Assembly (NCBI GenBank): GCA_964291415.2
Contig: OZ219920.1
Location: 1 to 64,000 of the forward strand
Reading direction: 5' to 3'
DNA length: 64,000 nucleotides
Origin: Alphaproteobacteria bacterium
Lineage (GTDB): Bacteria; Pseudomonadota; Alphaproteobacteria; SP197
In this document: piece by piece, positions 18,635-29,089 of the stretch
Position numbering within the stretch: the stretch's first letter is position 1
Layout of the letters: each line of letters begins with the position of its first letter
Position numbers and translations under genes: made by a program
The notes under the pieces: model-generated
Seen by the model: the letters and a program-made list of their open reading frames with translations, nothing else
What the model was told of the DNA's origin: nothing
Databases searched by the model: none

Positions 18635-20998
18635 ATGGGCGGACGCGACGAGAACATCAAGTACCTGGTTACCGACCTTCCAGGGTTTCCCGACTCCGAA
18701 CTTGCGGGCATCAGCAGCCGGCTCTTCGGTGTCGAGGGCGAGTACCGTCCACTCGACTCGGACCGGGATCAGAACTTTCTTCTCGAAAGCGGCGAGGACC
18801 GCTGGATCCTGAAGTTTCACCATCCGGAGGAAGAGGCGAGCGTTGTTGATTTCCAGAATGCCGCGCTTCGCCACATCGCCGTCACCGCACCGGACATCCT
18901 GGTGCCCGAGGTGGTGCCCACCCTCACCGGTGAACCCTTTGCCAGGGCCACCGCACCCGATGGCCGCGAGAGCATTGTGCGCCTGCTGACCTGGGTCCCG
19001 GGGATGAGCGTTGATTCCTTTCCTTCAACGCGCCGGCAGCGTCACGGCCTGGGTGCCCTGGTGGCGCGCCTCGATCATGCTCTCGAGGGCTTCTTCCACC
19101 CCGCCGCCCGGCATACCCTGCTGTGGGACATCCGCCAGGCGCCCAAGCTGCGCGTCCACACGGGCGACATCGCGCAGCGTTCGTCGCGCGAGCTCGTGGA
19201 GACCGCGCTTGACCGTTTCATCGGGAATGTCCTGCCCCGCTGGGACCATTTCCGCAGCCAGGTGATTCACAACGACGCCAACCGGAACAATGTCGTCGCC
19301 CATGCGGACACGCCCGACGAACCCGTCGGCGTGATTGATTTCGGCGACATGATGCATGGGCCCGTGGCCACCGAGATTGCCCTGGCATGCGACAACTATG
19401 CCCTTGGTTCGGACAGGCCTCTGGAAGACATCATCGATGTGGCGATCGGATTCGATTCAATTCTCGCTCTGCGGGAAGAGGAGGCTGACGTCCTCTTCGA
19501 CATGGTTGCGGCCCGCCTTGCCATCGGCGCCGTCATCGTGGCGCGCAGGGCCGTGGCGCGCCTTGGCTCTCCGCCGTACATGCCCGGGTATGATCTCGAT
19601 GTCTTTGCAGCCCTCGACATCATGTTCCAGACCGGCCCAGACGCCGCCACCGGGTCTTTCCGCGATGCCCTGCGCATGCCGCAGCGCTGTCCGAAAGGTA
19701 CAGTGACAACACCGGAGTCCGATGCGCTGGATCACGAACTTGAGCGGCGGTACCGGTGGCTCGGCCGAAACCTGACGCTCTTCTACAAGAGGCCCCTGCA
19801 TGTCGAGAGGGGCGAAGGCGCAATTCTCTACGACGCCAACGGCCGCGCCTTCATTGACGCCTACAACAACGTTCCCAGTGTCGGCCACTGCCATCCGCAC
19901 GTGGTCAACGCCATATCCCGCCAGGCGGCGGCACTCGGCACCAACACGCGCTACGTCTACCGTATCCTCGCCGACTATGCCGACAGGCTGCAGGCGACGA
20001 TGCCCGACCATCTCACCTGTTCGATCATGGTGAATTCGGGAAGCGAGGCCAACGACATCGCCTGGCGTATCGCCACACTGCTCACCGGCAAGCGCGGCGG
20101 CATTGTCATGGAGGATGCCTATCACGGAATCACCGAGGCGATCAGTCATCTTTCGCCGGAACGCCCCGAAGCGACGGCGCCGCACGTGCGCACGCTGATC
20201 TCGCCGGATCCCTACCGCAACCCGGTTCAGGGGGACTGTGATCCCGTCGCCTTCTACGCCGCCGATGTCGACCGGGCCATCCGGCAGCTCGATGACGAGG
20301 GATTCGGAACCGCCTGTTTCATGGTGGACACCTCGTTCTGTTCCAACGGCATTCCCGATGTGCCTGCCGGATACCTGCGGCAGGTTGCGGAGCGGGTGCG
20401 TACCGCCGGCGGCATGATTGTTGCAGACGAGGTGCAGTACGGCTTCGGCCGTCCGGGCACACACATGTGGGGGTTCGACTATCACGGGATGAAGCCGGAC
20501 ATCGTCACTCTGGGCAAGCCCGTGGGCGACGGTTTTCCTCTCGGCGTGGTCCTCACCACCGCCGGGATACTCGAAGAGTTCTCCCGGGCCCTGGGACTCT
20601 TCTCGACCTTCGGCGGCAATCCGGTCGCCTGTGCCGCCGGCATTGCCGTCCTCGATGTCCTCGAGCGCGAGGACCTGCTCGAGAATGCACGAACGACCGG
20701 CGGCCACCTCAAGGCCGGCCTCAAAGGTCTCATGGACCGCCATCCCATGATCGGAGACGTGCGCGGCCATGGCTTTGTCACAGGGGTCGAGATCGTCCGG
20801 GACCGCGACACCCGGGAACCGGACCCTGAAGGCATGGTGGCGGTGCAGAACCGGATGCGGGAACTCGGCGTCCTTGTGGGCAGGGAGGGACGTTTCGGCA
20901 ATGTCTTCAAGATTCGCCCGCCCATGGTCTTTCAGCGCGGCCACGCTGATGCGCTCGTTGCGTCGATGGACCAGGCCATGAACGAACTGGGGAGGTAG
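18635..20998 (+). CDS. Fused APH-type kinase + class III PLP enzyme (hydroxylysine kinase / phospho-lyase architecture)
   Basis: DQNF, IHNDANRNN and IDFGD, followed by DAYNNV, NSGSEAND, ADEVQYGFGR, TLGKPVGDG and FSTFGGNP. Confidence 0.88.
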   Translation: MGGRDENIKYLVTDLPGFPDSELAGISSRLFGVEGEYRPLDSDRDQNFLLESGEDRWILKFHHPEEEASVVDFQNAALRHIAVTAPDILVPEVVPTLTGEPFARATAPDGRESIVRLLTWVPGMSVDSFPSTRRQRHGLGALVARLDHALEGFFHPAARHTLLWDIRQAPKLRVHTGDIAQRSSRELVETALDRFIGNVLPRWDHFRSQVIHNDANRNNVVAHADTPDEPVGVIDFGDMMHGPVATEIALACDNYALGSDRPLEDIIDVAIGFDSILALREEEADVLFDMVAARLAIGAVIVARRAVARLGSPPYMPGYDLDVFAALDIMFQTGPDAATGSFRDALRMPQRCPKGTVTTPESDALDHELERRYRWLGRNLTLFYKRPLHVERGEGAILYDANGRAFIDAYNNVPSVGHCHPHVVNAISRQAAALGTNTRYVYRILADYADRLQATMPDHLTCSIMVNSGSEANDIAWRIATLLTGKRGGIVMEDAYHGITEAISHLSPERPEATAPHVRTLISPDPYRNPVQGDCDPVAFYAADVDRAIRQLDDEGFGTACFMVDTSFCSNGIPDVPAGYLRQVAERVRTAGGMIVADEVQYGFGRPGTHMWGFDYHGMKPDIVTLGKPVGDGFPLGVVLTTAGILEEFSRALGLFSTFGGNPVACAAGIAVLDVLEREDLLENARTTGGHLKAGLKGLMDRHPMIGDVRGHGFVTGVEIVRDRDTREPDPEGMVAVQNRMRELGVLVGREGRFGNVFKIRPPMVFQRGHADALVASMDQAMNELGR

Positions 20999-21002
20999 CA
21001 CA

Positions 21003-21392
21003 GTGTTCAGCCACATCACACTCGGCACCAATGACCTGGAACGCGCCCTGCAGTTCTACGACGCCATACTGGAGCCGCTTGGCATCGTCCGGTTGCTCTC
21101 GTCACCGGAATACGGTTTCGCCGGCTATGGCCCCTCCGGCGGGAACCCGGGTCTCTTTGTCTGCCTGCCGTTCAATGAAAAGGAAGCCACGGCCGGGAAC
21201 GGCACCCACGCGGCTTTCCTGGCGCCGTCAAGGGAGGCGGTCGACGCCTTTCACGCGTGCGGACTCGCCCTCGGGGCAACGGACGAAGGCGCACCGGGCC
21301 CGCGGCCCCACTACCACGAGCATTACTACGGCGCCTATCTGCGCGATCACGACGGCAACAAGCTTCAGGCCTGTTGCCATGCCCCTGCCTGA
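21003..21392 (+). CDS. VOC/glyoxalase family protein
   Basis: MFSHITLGTNDL, GNGTHAAF and YYGAYLRDHDGNKL motifs. Confidence 0.88.
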   Translation: MFSHITLGTNDLERALQFYDAILEPLGIVRLLSSPEYGFAGYGPSGGNPGLFVCLPFNEKEATAGNGTHAAFLAPSREAVDAFHACGLALGATDEGAPGPRPHYHEHYYGAYLRDHDGNKLQACCHAPA

Positions 21393-22378
21393 GCCGGCGC
21401 CTGACGGCCGTCCTCGACGCGTTCGAGGATCTCCCTGATCGCGGTCACGCCCGCTGACGGCCTCGAAGACCGTTCGGTGAGCAGGCGGCGCCAGGTCCTT
21501 GCGCCCGGTTCTCCGTGGTAGAGACCGGTCATGTGACGGCTCATGCTGGCCAGCGGCACGCCCTCGGCCAGACGTTCCTCGAGATAGGGCAGCCACGACA
21601 GGACGATGCGGCAGCGTTCCATGGGCGGTTCATCAACGCCGAAGATCAGCCTGTCGGCCTCGGCCAGCATGTAGGGTGTGCGGTAGGCGGCGCGGCCGAT
21701 CATGACGCCATCGACATGGTCGAGATGGTGCGATGCCGAAGCGAGGTCCCGGATTCCGCCGTTGATGATGATGTCGAACTCGGGAAACCGGCGCTTGGTG
21801 TCGTGAACGACATCGTGGCGCAGCGGCGGCACCTCCCGGTTCGCCTTCGGGGACAGGCCATTGAGGTAGGCCTTGCGGGCATGCACGATGAAGGTGGTGC
21901 AGCCGCTTCCCGCCACCGTGGTCAAGAATGCGGCGAGCGTCCCTTCCTCGTCCATGGCGTCGATGCCGATGCGGCACTTGACCGTGACCGGCACCGAGAC
22001 CGCATTGCGCATGGCCGCCACGCAGGTCTCGACGAGATCCGCATGGGCCATCAGCGCGGCGCCGAACCGGCCGGATCGGACCCTGCTGGAGGGGCAGCCG
22101 ACGTTGAGGTTGATCTCGTCGTAGCCGAATTCCTCGCCAATCTGCGCTGCAGCGGCCAGTGTTCCCGGATCACAGCCGCCGATCTGCAGGGCCACGGGAT
22201 GTTCGGTCTCGTCGAATGCGAGCAGGTGCTGGCGGTCTCCGCGAACCACCGCGTCGGCGACGATCATCTCCGTGTAGAGGCGGGTGTGTTTCGTGACACA
22301 CCTGAGAAAGGCGCGGGCGTGACGGTCCGTGCAGTTCATCATCGGTGCCACAGACAATTCATGCATGGATCGTGTCAT
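21365..22378 (-). CDS. dusA: tRNA-dihydrouridine(20/20a) synthase
   Basis: SVAPMM-TDRH, LYTEM, INLNVGCPS, VKCRIG, HARKAYLNGLSPKANREVPPL and GVMIGRAAY motifs. Confidence 0.93.
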   Translation of the reverse strand: MTRSMHELSVAPMMNCTDRHARAFLRCVTKHTRLYTEMIVADAVVRGDRQHLLAFDETEHPVALQIGGCDPGTLAAAAQIGEEFGYDEINLNVGCPSSRVRSGRFGAALMAHADLVETCVAAMRNAVSVPVTVKCRIGIDAMDEEGTLAAFLTTVAGSGCTTFIVHARKAYLNGLSPKANREVPPLRHDVVHDTKRRFPEFDIIINGGIRDLASASHHLDHVDGVMIGRAAYRTPYMLAEADRLIFGVDEPPMERCRIVLSWLPYLEERLAEGVPLASMSRHMTGLYHGEPGARTWRRLLTERSSRPSAGVTAIREILERVEDGRQAPAQAGAWQQA

Positions 22379-22599
22379 GTGTCCGTAGTCGACAGGTCAT
22401 GTAGCACAATCAGGTGTCGTTCCGCAGGCCCCGATGAAACTCCCCGACCGCCAACACGGCGTCCGCGGCGAGAACCGCGGGATCGAGGTCGGGATGATCA
22501 GTCCGCATCCGTTGGACGCAGGCCCGGGGCCCCTGTGCATCCGGATCCTCGAAGTTGGCTCGCAGGTCGTCCGAGCGCCGTGCGGACCGCACTCATTTC

Positions 22600-22849
22600 G
22601 TCCATAGAGCACTCTCTCCGCCTCTTCCCGCGCGGTCCTGGTGCGGAAAGGAGGGTCATCGACCACAGAACGTCTCCCGGAGATGCTCGACGGCTTCCTC
22701 ATCGCGCACGCCGACGCCGCGCAGGTCGGCGTACACGCGGGGCCATGGAGCTGCGCTACGCTCACACAGGAAACCGCGAGACCGGGGCTGCCGCCGAGCG
22801 GATCGGGGAGGTGATTGCCGCGCTGCTCGATACGGCCGCATCCGGATGA
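22600..22849 (+). pseudogene. Tyrosine recombinase/integrase C-terminal remnant
   Basis: 22745-22849 reads MELRYAHTGNRETGAAAERIGEVIAALLD*, like integrase C-termini (MTxRYAH...EAAAERIG) with the catalytic Tyr; upstream part is decayed. Confidence 0.55.
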
Positions 22850-23047
22850 TGACGACGGTTGCGGCGATGGCAACGGGCCCGACGCAGCGGGGATCGTCGT
22901 GGGTGGCCCCGTTGATCCGTGTGCTCACCGGTTTGAAGGATCATGATCGGATCGATGCCGGAGGGACGCCGAATCACGCTGGAGCGCAGTCCTGTCCGAT
23001 AGAATTGAAGGAGAGTCCCAAGGCGACCCTCCGTCGATGTTGCAGGG

Positions 23048-25367
23048 TCAGCACCAATAGGGCGGAGAAGCCCAAACCTGGTCCCCGTCGGCGTACTCCA
23101 TATCGTTGCACGACTCCTGTTCGCCATAGTTCTGGTTCCAATGTCGCAAAAGCCAGGATCCGCTTCTCTTGCCCTTCACGTACGGGCCTTCTTCGATGTC
23201 GTACTGTTCGAATCCTGTACCCCAGGAATGATCCACCCAGTCGCCGTGGCGCAGGCCGTCGACATACGGCCCTTTCGACTCCCTTCCGTAATGGTCCGCA
23301 TGCAGGTCAAACTCCTCCTCCCAATGACCCTGTCGGACCCCGTCGACAATTTGCCCGGTGTGGCTCGCCAGCACCCTATCGCCGCTCAGCGTCCAGGTTA
23401 TGGTCCCTTGGCCGGTTGCGACTCCTCCCTCGCAAGCGCCGCTCCACGTCGAGTCCACCCAATCCGGGGGGTCGACGTAGTCTGGGCCGAATTCGTACGG
23501 CAGCAAGAGAACAAGACAATCCGACGGCTGGGCCAGATACCGCCAGCAGACCGTATCCCACGGCACACCACGTGGTAGTTCGGCGCACTTCGGCTCAGTG
23601 TTGATGGCCGCGACCGTCGTATCCGCACCGCTGGAGACCTCCTGCGATGCACTCTCAACAGCGAATTCGTCGGCGGAGTCCTCTCCGGCTGTGACCGTCG
23701 TCTCCGCCACGAACTCGTCGGTGGGTCCGCCATCCATTGCCGTGGCATACAGCGCGACGCAGTTCCGGAGATACTCCTCGCCCAGGTGTCGGGCGCCTGC
23801 CGCCTCAAGGCGTTCAAGCGCGTCATTCGGCTGTGCCAGCCATTCCATGGGATAGTCCCATATCGCCGTAGCAATCTCTCGAGCCAGTTCCCCGCAATTG
23901 TTTTCAGGGCCATCCCAACTTGAGCGCACGAACTTGGAGAGGAATGCAGGTGTACAAGTACTCCTCAGCAACTTCGACCGGGCCGCCCAGCTCCGCCAGA
24001 ACCTCGAGTGCAGTGTCGGGGCGGGTGTCGTAGTGATACAGAATGCCCATTCCCACGAGCTCATCATCAAGCTCCAGGCATCTTCTCATTCTGCTTGCCA
24101 CACGTCTTGCCGTGGCCTCGTCCGGCATGGCTTGAGCCGTATTGGGCGTCGTCCCGAATAGGGCGTCGCTCTCTTCCTCGCTCGACTCCATCGCCGTCGA
24201 GGTTTCGATTCTGTCCACCAGCGATGCATGAATGAACGCCGTCTCGCCCGAGCCCTCGACCCGCAACCAGTCCGCATTCCTGACGGTACCGGTCACACGG
24301 ACGGGGGTGCTGACATCCAGCGTCCTCACGACGTCGTGGTCGGTTCCGGGGCCTGAGCGGATGTTCGAGCGCGCTGTCGTCTCGCCCGGCCAATCCGCCG
24401 GATCGACGATGTAATCCGCGACGAGAGCCTCGGAGCCCTGGCAGCCGATGTCGCTGCCGCCGGCATTGGCGAGCATGGTGTGGACCTCGCCGCCCTCGCG
24501 GGCCGTGTTGTAGGGAATGTAGCCCGAGGCGTCCTTGATGCAGGGACCGGCGCCCGCCGCGAGCAGGGCCTCCACCACGCGATTGTTCTCCGAGGAGCCT
24601 CCGTTGCGTATGGCCGTGTGCACCGGTGATTCGCCATCCGGGTTCCTCGCGTTGACGTCGGAGCCGGCATCGACCAGGGCGTTGACGATCCGGCCGTCGT
24701 TGCTGCCGACTCGAACGAAGAGCTGCAACGGCGTCTCGCCTCTGGCGCTCACAATGTCGCCCCGGGCACCGCCATCGACCAGCGCCTGCACCATATCGGC
24801 GCTGAGTTTGCTCTCACTGTGAACAGCCGCGTGGAGGGGAGTTCTGCCCGCAGGTTCCTGCTTGTTGGGGTCGGCGCCGGCCGCAAGAAGGTCGCGGGCA
24901 CTGGTGGGCTGGTGATGATTGCCCGCCACAGCATACAGGGGGGTGTGTCCCCACTTGTCGGCAATCTCGGGTCTGGCGCCGAAGCGGAGCAGAATCCGGA
25001 TGGCGAGTTGCGATCTCAGTTCGTCGTACGGAAAACGGGCGGCCGGCATCAACGGCGTCTCGCCATCGGCGTTCTGCAGATTGGGGTTCCCGCCGTACTC
25101 CAGGAGCGCTTCCAGTACGAGGCCATCGGCACGCCCGGCGGCAATGTGCAGTGCACTCCCGCCCCACTGATCGCGTACATTTGGGTCGGCGCCCGTCTTG
25201 AGCAAACGCTCAACCTCGTCGATGTTGCTGCTGTGCGCGGCGTTCAGCAGTGCGATATCCTCAGCGGTCCTTGCATGGGCCGTGCCTTCTGCATTCCACA
25301 GCAGCGCTGCGGTCAGAAATGCGGCAGCAACAGTCCGGACGGGTACAGGCTGAACCTGGCGCATCAT
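23048..25367 (-). CDS. Secreted ankyrin-repeat / SH3b / MORN-like protein (apparent 1-bp insertion at ~23910)
   Basis: Signal peptide (AHA), 7-8 ANK repeats (GETPL, GRTPLH), SH3b (SNIRSGPGTDHDVV...WLRV...FIHASLV), C-terminal WSGACEGGVATGQG and GPYVDGLRHGDW repeats; removing one base gives 773 codons. Confidence 0.8.
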
Positions 25368-26379
25368 TGGATTCTCTCCTCCAACCGACCCGATCGCGAA
25401 TGGGTCGGCACGACACGATAACGCTCGGGAACTCCCATGGAAACGAGCGACGGCGGTGGTGGTGCCTGCCGCCGATCATGCACAGTACTGGGTTGCCCCT
25501 CGCCGGCATGCCCGCGGCCCCGTTCGCGTCATCTCGTCGGTCCTGCGTCGAAGAGCGCGTTGTACGGACATCGCCTGTCGCCGGCATGAAATGGACCGGG
25601 ACAGATGGCGTCATGGACGGCCGCCAGAGCGCTGTCGCGAGAGATGACCTGCCCCGATGCGGGCCAGCACCATCGGACGTGCCGCAAGACGCCATCGCAA
25701 GAGCACCGGAAAACCGGTCGCTTGGGGTGGCGTTATGGCGTCCTTCTGGTGTCTGGTTGTGGTGTTCTCTTGATGCAGGATGCGGGCTCGTCTTGTCTCA
25801 GACTAGGACGGTGCGCGCCTTGCGGCGGATTCCTGGTCCCCATCCGGGGTGACGTAAGGCAACCACGATGACGTACGGAGGCGGGTAGTCAGTTCATTTG
25901 GAAGCCGCCGAGCCCCATGTATCTCATGCGTACAGGTTGTTGGAGTTGTCTGGCCGTTGCCGGTATTCGGTGGTCTATGGCCCGTCTATGAAATGTTACT
26001 GATGACGTCCGCAAGTACGGTTGCAGGCAACTGAATCACGCATCCTGCATACGCCTCATGTCGCCGGGAGCGGTTGACGTGGCTGATATTTGACCGTAAA
26101 TACACGAATATAGAGAGGGATGCGCCAGCGAGCGGTTCGGTTGTGCATGTTTGAGTCCGGTTGTTTGGATGTCGCACCGCCGAACAACTGCGAGACGCAG
26201 GCCCACAGCATCAAGGATTTGATCGAGCGTTGAGTTCAAGACTCGACCAGTCCTGAAACGATTCCGGTGAGTTCAGACAGTACCGGTGCACTCTTGCGCT
26301 TGCCGGGGCGATGGAGCATTGCCTTCGGGGATCCCGGATCGGGGAGTTGCCGAAGGGACGGCAGAATCGGGCCGGGTCC

Positions 26380-26408
26380 CTTGATCCGTGGTGATCGGGT
26401 GCCACATA
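26380..26408 (+). promoter_or_regulatory. RpoH (sigma32)-type promoter of hslVU
   Basis: CTTGAT-N16-CCACATA upstream of a heat-shock operon. Confidence 0.6.
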
Positions 26409-26438
26409 GCAACCCATGACATCCGGATGGGCACAGTG

Positions 26439-26987
26439 ATGGCGAATTCTCCCTGGCACGGCACCACCATCCTCTCGGTGCGTCGCGGCGACCGTGTCGT
26501 CGTGGCCGGCGACGGCCAGGTGTCCATGGGTGATACCGTGGTCAAGGCCAACGCCGTCAAGGTCCGACGGTTGGGGTCGGGCTCCATCCTGGCCGGTTTC
26601 GCGGGCGCGACCGCCGATGCCTTCACCCTGTTCGAAAGGCTTGAGGAAAAGCTCGAACGCCATCCAGGCCAGCTGGCGCGATCCTGCGTCGAACTCGCCA
26701 AGGACTGGCGCACCGATCGCTATCTTCGGCGCCTGGAGGCCCTGATGGCAGTGGCCGACCGGTCGGTCTCCCTCATCGTTTCGGGCACGGGCGATGTTCT
26801 GGAACCCGAGGACGGCCTGATCGGAATCGGGTCAGGCGGCAACTATGCCCTTGCGGCGGCACGCGCACTCCTCGCGGTCGACGGGATTTCGGCCGAGGAG
26901 GTTGCCCGCCGGAGTCTGGAGATCGCAGCCGACATCTGCATCTACACCAACCGCCATGTCACCGTGGAGGTCCTGGATGCAGGGTGA
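26439..26987 (+). CDS. hslV: ATP-dependent protease subunit HslV
   Basis: [26 protein letters not shown] and IGSGGNYA motifs. Confidence 0.97.
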   Translation: MANSPWHGTTILSVRRGDRVVVAGDGQVSMGDTVVKANAVKVRRLGSGSILAGFAGATADAFTLFERLEEKLERHPGQLARSCVELAKDWRTDRYLRRLEALMAVADRSVSLIVSGTGDVLEPEDGLIGIGSGGNYALAAARALLAVDGISAEEVARRSLEIAADICIYTNRHVTVEVLDAG

Positions 26988-27029
26988 CTCTCCTTGTCAG
27001 GCTCCGGTCAAGACTGTACGGAAGCCCTG

Positions 27030-28340
27030 ATGACGTCGTTCTCTCCACGCGAGATCGTCTCCGAACTCGACCGGTTCATCATCGGCCAGACCGATGCCAA
27101 GCGGGCGGTGGCGATCGCCCTGCGCAATCGCTGGCGCCGCCAGCAGTTGCCGGATGACCTCAAGGAAGAGGTGTTGCCCAAAAACATTCTGATGATCGGG
27201 CCCACCGGCGTCGGCAAGACCGAGATCGCACGCCGCCTTGCCCGACTCTCCAATGCGCCCTTTCTCAAGGTCGAGGCGACCAAGTTCACCGAAGTCGGAT
27301 ATGTCGGACGCGATGTCGAGCAGATTGTCCGTGACCTCGTGGAGACCGCGATCACCAGCACCCGCGAGGACATGCGCAAGGAGGTCGAGGCGCGGGCGGA
27401 ACTGGCTGCCGAGGAACGGGTCATCGACGCCCTGGTCGGTGACAAGGCAAGCCAGGAGACCCGCAACAAAATGCGTGACCGGCTGCGCCGCGGGGACCTC
27501 GATGACAGCGAGGTGGAGCTGGATCTTCAGGATGCCGGTTCCGGTACGCTGCCGACCTTCGACATCCCCGGCATGCCGGGCGCCCAGATGGGAATGCTCA
27601 ACCTCAACGATGTCTTCGGCAAGATGATGGGCGGCCAGACACGGCGGCGCAAGATGAAGGTTGCCGAGAGTCACGATGTCCTGATGGCCGAGGAATCCGA
27701 CAAGCTTCTTGACGAGGAGATGGTGGTCCGCGCGGCGATCGACGCCGTGCAGCAGAACGGCATCGTCTTCATCGACGAGATCGACAAGATCACCGCCCGG
27801 AACGAGCGGGCTGGCGCCGATGTCTCCCGCGAAGGGGTGCAGCGCGATCTGTTGCCCCTCATCGAGGGGACGACGGTCGCCACCAAGCATGGGTCCGTCA
27901 AGACCGATCACATTCTCTTCATCTGTTCGGGCGCCTTCCATCTCGCCAAGCCGTCGGACCTGTTGCCGGAGCTTCAGGGACGGTTGCCGAATCGAGTCGA
28001 ACTCCAGGCCCTCGACCGAGACGACTTCCGGCGCATCCTGACCGAGCCCGAGAACAGCCTCATCATCCAGTACACCGCGCTTCTGGCGACCGAGGACGTC
28101 GTGCTCGATTTTCACGAAGTGGCGATCGACGCTCTTGCCGATCTTGCCGCGAAGATCAACGAGACCGTGGAGAACATCGGTGCCCGCCGGCTGCACACCG
28201 TCATGGAAAAACTCCTGGAAGACATCAGCTTCACCGCTCCCGACCGTAGCGGCGACACCGTCGTCATCGACGCCGCGTTCGTCGACGAGAGGGTGGGCGA
28301 CCTGGCACGAAACACGGATCTCGGGCGATTCATCCTGTAG
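27030..28340 (+). CDS. hslU: ATP-dependent protease ATPase HslU
   Basis: [29 protein letters not shown] and FIDEIDK motifs. Confidence 0.97.
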   Translation: MTSFSPREIVSELDRFIIGQTDAKRAVAIALRNRWRRQQLPDDLKEEVLPKNILMIGPTGVGKTEIARRLARLSNAPFLKVEATKFTEVGYVGRDVEQIVRDLVETAITSTREDMRKEVEARAELAAEERVIDALVGDKASQETRNKMRDRLRRGDLDDSEVELDLQDAGSGTLPTFDIPGMPGAQMGMLNLNDVFGKMMGGQTRRRKMKVAESHDVLMAEESDKLLDEEMVVRAAIDAVQQNGIVFIDEIDKITARNERAGADVSREGVQRDLLPLIEGTTVATKHGSVKTDHILFICSGAFHLAKPSDLLPELQGRLPNRVELQALDRDDFRRILTEPENSLIIQYTALLATEDVVLDFHEVAIDALADLAAKINETVENIGARRLHTVMEKLLEDISFTAPDRSGDTVVIDAAFVDERVGDLARNTDLGRFIL

Positions 28341-28404
28341 CCGCCTGTCGGCGCCGCGCAGTACAAGGTCGCTACCCGTGCGGGAACCACCTGCGCCCTC
28401 ATCC

Positions 28405-28486
28405 ACGGGAGAGCACTGACCTCACGTCAGGCCACCGGAGAGCGCATCGAGATCCTGTCGAAACCGCGCAAGCGTGGAGAACCCGT
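28405..28486 (+). ncRNA. Glycine-riboswitch-like single aptamer (variant or degenerate)
   Basis: acggGAGAG...CACCGGAGAGCGCA...AACCGCGCAAGC...cccgt, with P1 acggg/cccgt, P2 ctgac/gtcag, and P3 arms gcg/cgc and tcga/tcga. Confidence 0.35.
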
Positions 28487-28522
28487 CACGGATGATCGGG
28501 CTGACGTCCGGTGCCGAGCGTC

Positions 28523-29089
28523 TCAGGCGAAGGCGCGGCCGATGTCGCGGGCCTCTTGGATCATGTCTGTGGCCCGGCTGCCGCCGTCGGTCGAGTGGTG
28601 GAGGAAGATGAAGCCGGCGTCGTCGATGCCGCAGTACTGGAAGAGCCCTTTCGCGATCTCCGTTTCAATGGCCACGTCCTGTCCGGTTCTCGCATAGGTC
28701 TCCGCATCGGAGGCAGACAGGCCGACAGCCAGCGCCTTGCGGTGGCCGAGAGTCTTCGAGCCATATGCGTAGTCCTTGTTCCATACGCGGTCGACCCAGC
28801 CCTTCAGCATGGCCGGGAACGACCACCACCAGATGGGGAACACGAGGATGATGGCCTCATTGCGGTCCAGTCGCGCCATTTCCCGGCGTACGGCATCGCT
28901 GTAGACCTTGTCCTCGCGTCCCCAGTCCGGTTCGTCTTCCGGCATGAGCAGCGGGTCGAAGCCCTCGCGATAGAGATCGGCGATTTCGGTCTGGTGTCCG
29001 GCCTGGTTCAGGCCGGCGGCGACGGCATCGGCGATCTGGCCAGTCAGGGAATCCCTTCTGGGATGAGCCAGGACGATGAGAACCTTCAT
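28523..29089 (-). CDS. Flavodoxin-2 family NAD(P)H:quinone oxidoreductase
   Basis: MKVLIVLAHP, DLYREGFDP and FPIWWWSFPAMLKGWVDRV motifs; ATGA overlap with the upstream gene. Confidence 0.88.
   Translation of the reverse strand: MKVLIVLAHPRRDSLTGQIADAVAAGLNQAGHQTEIADLYREGFDPLLMPEDEPDWGREDKVYSDAVRREMARLDRNEAIILVFPIWWWSFPAMLKGWVDRVWNKDYAYGSKTLGHRKALAVGLSASDAETYARTGQDVAIETEIAKGLFQYCGIDDAGFIFLHHSTDGGSRATDMIQEARDIGRAFA

Noticed and set aside
26240-26262. Possible dusA att duplicate (gaccagtcc)
   Set aside because: The match is too short to be significant
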